Assembly: GCA_963803805.1 (NCBI GenBank)
Contig: CAWDOD010000006.1
Coordinates: 237,561 to 301,560, forward strand
Origin: an uncultured cyanobacterium
GTDB lineage: Bacteria > Cyanobacteriota > Cyanobacteriia > Cyanobacteriales > CAWCAG01
Reading direction: 5' to 3'
Length of the DNA: 64,000 nucleotides
Positions 62,138 to 64,000 of this stretch are shown here, one piece after another; the first letter of the stretch is position 1; the number at the start of each line of letters is the position of its first letter. A model generated the notes under the pieces. That model was not told the DNA's origin. It searched no databases and worked only from the letters and a program-made list of their open reading frames with translations. Both the position numbers and the translations under genes were made by a program.

Positions 62138-62968
62138 TCACTCTCTCCAAATGGCATCTGCAACTCGACAAACATCGTACATTGGTTCAACATCGTGGAC
62201 TCGGAGGATATCTGCTTGACCCGCGATCGCAGCGCAACAGGTAGCAGCAGTTCCCCAGACTCTTTTTTGAGGATCTTTTTGGTTGAGAATATGACCAATA
62301 AAGCTTTTCCTAGAAGTACCAATTAACATCGGTACATTTAAACAAGTAAACTCTTTTAATCTGTTTAATATTTCGAGGTTTTGTTGATAGGTTTTGCCAA
62401 AACCAATACCAGGATCAATAATAATTTGCGATCGCTCGATTCCCACTGCTGTGGCGGCGTTTATTTGCTGAGATAAAAAGTTAATGATTTCGCCAATTAA
62501 ATCTTGATAATTGGTTTGTTGTTGCATTGTTTCTGGCGTACCTTTGATGTGCATCAAAATAATTGGTACTTGCAATTGAGCGATAATAGGTAGCATTTTC
62601 GGGTCGAAAGTTCCCCCAGAAATATCATTAATCATATCTGCACCCAATTTAACGGCTGCTTGAGCAACGGCTGATCTGGTAGTATCAACAGAAATAGGAA
62701 CAGACATCTCCTGACGGAGCTTTTCCACCACAGGTAAAACCCTGTTTAGTTCCTCTTCTAAAGAGATTTGAACTGCTCCAGGGCGGGTTGATTGCCCTCC
62801 AACATCAAGGATGTCTACACCAGCTTCTATAAGCTTTCCAGCTTGCTTTAAAGCGGTTTCTACACTATTAAATTGACCACCATCACTAAAGCTATCGGGG
62901 GTGATATTCAATATTCCCATTAAGTAAGTGCGCTTACCCCAAAGGAAATCAGAGTTGCGAATTTTCAT
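62138..62968 (-). CDS. folP: dihydropteroate synthase
   Basis: ILNITPDSFSDGG, DPGIGFGK and SRKSF motifs. Confidence 0.97.
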   Translation of the reverse strand: MKIRNSDFLWGKRTYLMGILNITPDSFSDGGQFNSVETALKQAGKLIEAGVDILDVGGQSTRPGAVQISLEEELNRVLPVVEKLRQEMSVPISVDTTRSAVAQAAVKLGADMINDISGGTFDPKMLPIIAQLQVPIILMHIKGTPETMQQQTNYQDLIGEIINFLSQQINAATAVGIERSQIIIDPGIGFGKTYQQNLEILNRLKEFTCLNVPMLIGTSRKSFIGHILNQKDPQKRVWGTAATCCAAIAGQADILRVHDVEPMYDVCRVADAIWRE

Positions 62969-63150
62969 TGAAGAAATGCTGTTATGCTTTTAAACTAGCA
63001 TATTAGTCTGTTCACCCAAACTCGATTATTTTTTTCAATACAAGGAAAGTTGCTAATGCTTGTAGTTTTACTTGTATCTTATTTAGTAGGTATTGTCACT
63101 TGATAAAAGTAGTTGAGATTTATAAAAATAGTTAAGATACTATTTGGATT

Positions 63151-63828
63151 ATGTATTTATTAATTCCCGCCGCAGGAATGGGTCGCAGAATGGGCAGCGA
63201 TCGCAATAAACTATTATTAACTTTATTAGGTAAACCTTTGTTGGCCTGGACGCTATTAGCAGCAGAACAAGCTAAAGAGATTAGTTGGCTTGGTATTATT
63301 GGTCAACCCCAAGATTTTGCTGATTTTGAGATTATTGCTGCGGAGGCAAATTTAACTAAACCTTTCCTGCTTATTCCGGGGGGAGATACTCGCCAAGAAT
63401 CTGTTTATAATGGCTTGCAAAAGTTACCTGATGAGGCTAAACGAGTTTTAATTCATGATGGGGCGAGATGTCTAGTAACGCCAGAATTGTTTAACCGTTG
63501 TGCCAATGCTTTGCTTAATTGTCAGGGTTTAATTGCGGCTATTCCTGTTAAAGATACAATCAAAGTTGTGGCCGACCAACTAATTGAAAGTACCCCAGAT
63601 AGAAGTAAGCTTTGGGCTGCTCAAACTCCTCAAGGTTTTGATGTTCAACTATTAAAAGAATGCCATGAGCAAGGTAAAGAATTAGTTTGGCAAGTAACTG
63701 ACGATGCTGCTTTATTAGAAAAGTGCCAACTGCCAGTGCAAATTGTCAAGGGAGAAGAAACTAATCTTAAAGTAACCACCCCTGTGGATTTGGCGATTGC
63801 CGAATTTATTTTACGTCAGAGGTTGTAG
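63151..63828 (+). CDS. ispD: 2-C-methyl-D-erythritol 4-phosphate cytidylyltransferase
   Basis: AAGMGRRMG, LIHDGAR, AQTPQGF and TDDA motifs. Confidence 0.97.
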   Translation: MYLLIPAAGMGRRMGSDRNKLLLTLLGKPLLAWTLLAAEQAKEISWLGIIGQPQDFADFEIIAAEANLTKPFLLIPGGDTRQESVYNGLQKLPDEAKRVLIHDGARCLVTPELFNRCANALLNCQGLIAAIPVKDTIKVVADQLIESTPDRSKLWAAQTPQGFDVQLLKECHEQGKELVWQVTDDAALLEKCQLPVQIVKGEETNLKVTTPVDLAIAEFILRQRL

Positions 63829-64000
63829 TAAGTCAGAAGTAGGCTCAAGCTTGTAGTGAAACGGTAGAAGAATATAAGCAAATTTTTATTGGGGCTTAAG
63901 TTAATAATAAAAGGTGCGATCGCAACCCAATCCTTTACCTATTTTGCTCCTACCTACCGACAAATTCAGCAATTTACAGGAAGAAACAGATTTTCTAATC

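Overview
Low-GC cyanobacterial chromosome segment: about 30 HIP1 GCGATCGC octamers counted by eye, heptamer STRR tracts, and cyanobacterial marker genes (ycf66, tocopherol cyclase, sll1252-like S4 protein, Yfr1 sRNA). The housekeeping backbone is metK, serA, prmA, speB, pyrH-frr, purC-bamA-lpxC-fabZ-lpxA-lpxB, rluD, trxA, folP and ispD. Accessory loci: (1) an exported TpsA + TPR-CHAT protease + DUF928 cluster, whose DUF928 protein carries five tandem 22-aa GG(A/G)SR-ending repeats, with a CHASE2 kinase and a TpsB transporter nearby; (2) two membrane-associated STAND-like ATPases, one with an 18 x 12-bp hydrophobic repeat; (3) two paralogous exported proteins built from a repeated uncharacterised domain; (4) a complete IS982-family element with a 6-bp TSD. 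Several very small mobile or repeat elements are present: a 69-bp MITE-like insert in a Spy/CpxP-like gene, a 27-nt in-frame insert in a HIP1-like site, a REP-like family and a 21-nt dispersed repeat. Three genes carry five +1 frameshifts and one gene has an in-frame stop, which may be assembly error or decay. No CRISPR array, tRNA or rRNA was seen. All calls are by inspection; no searches were run.
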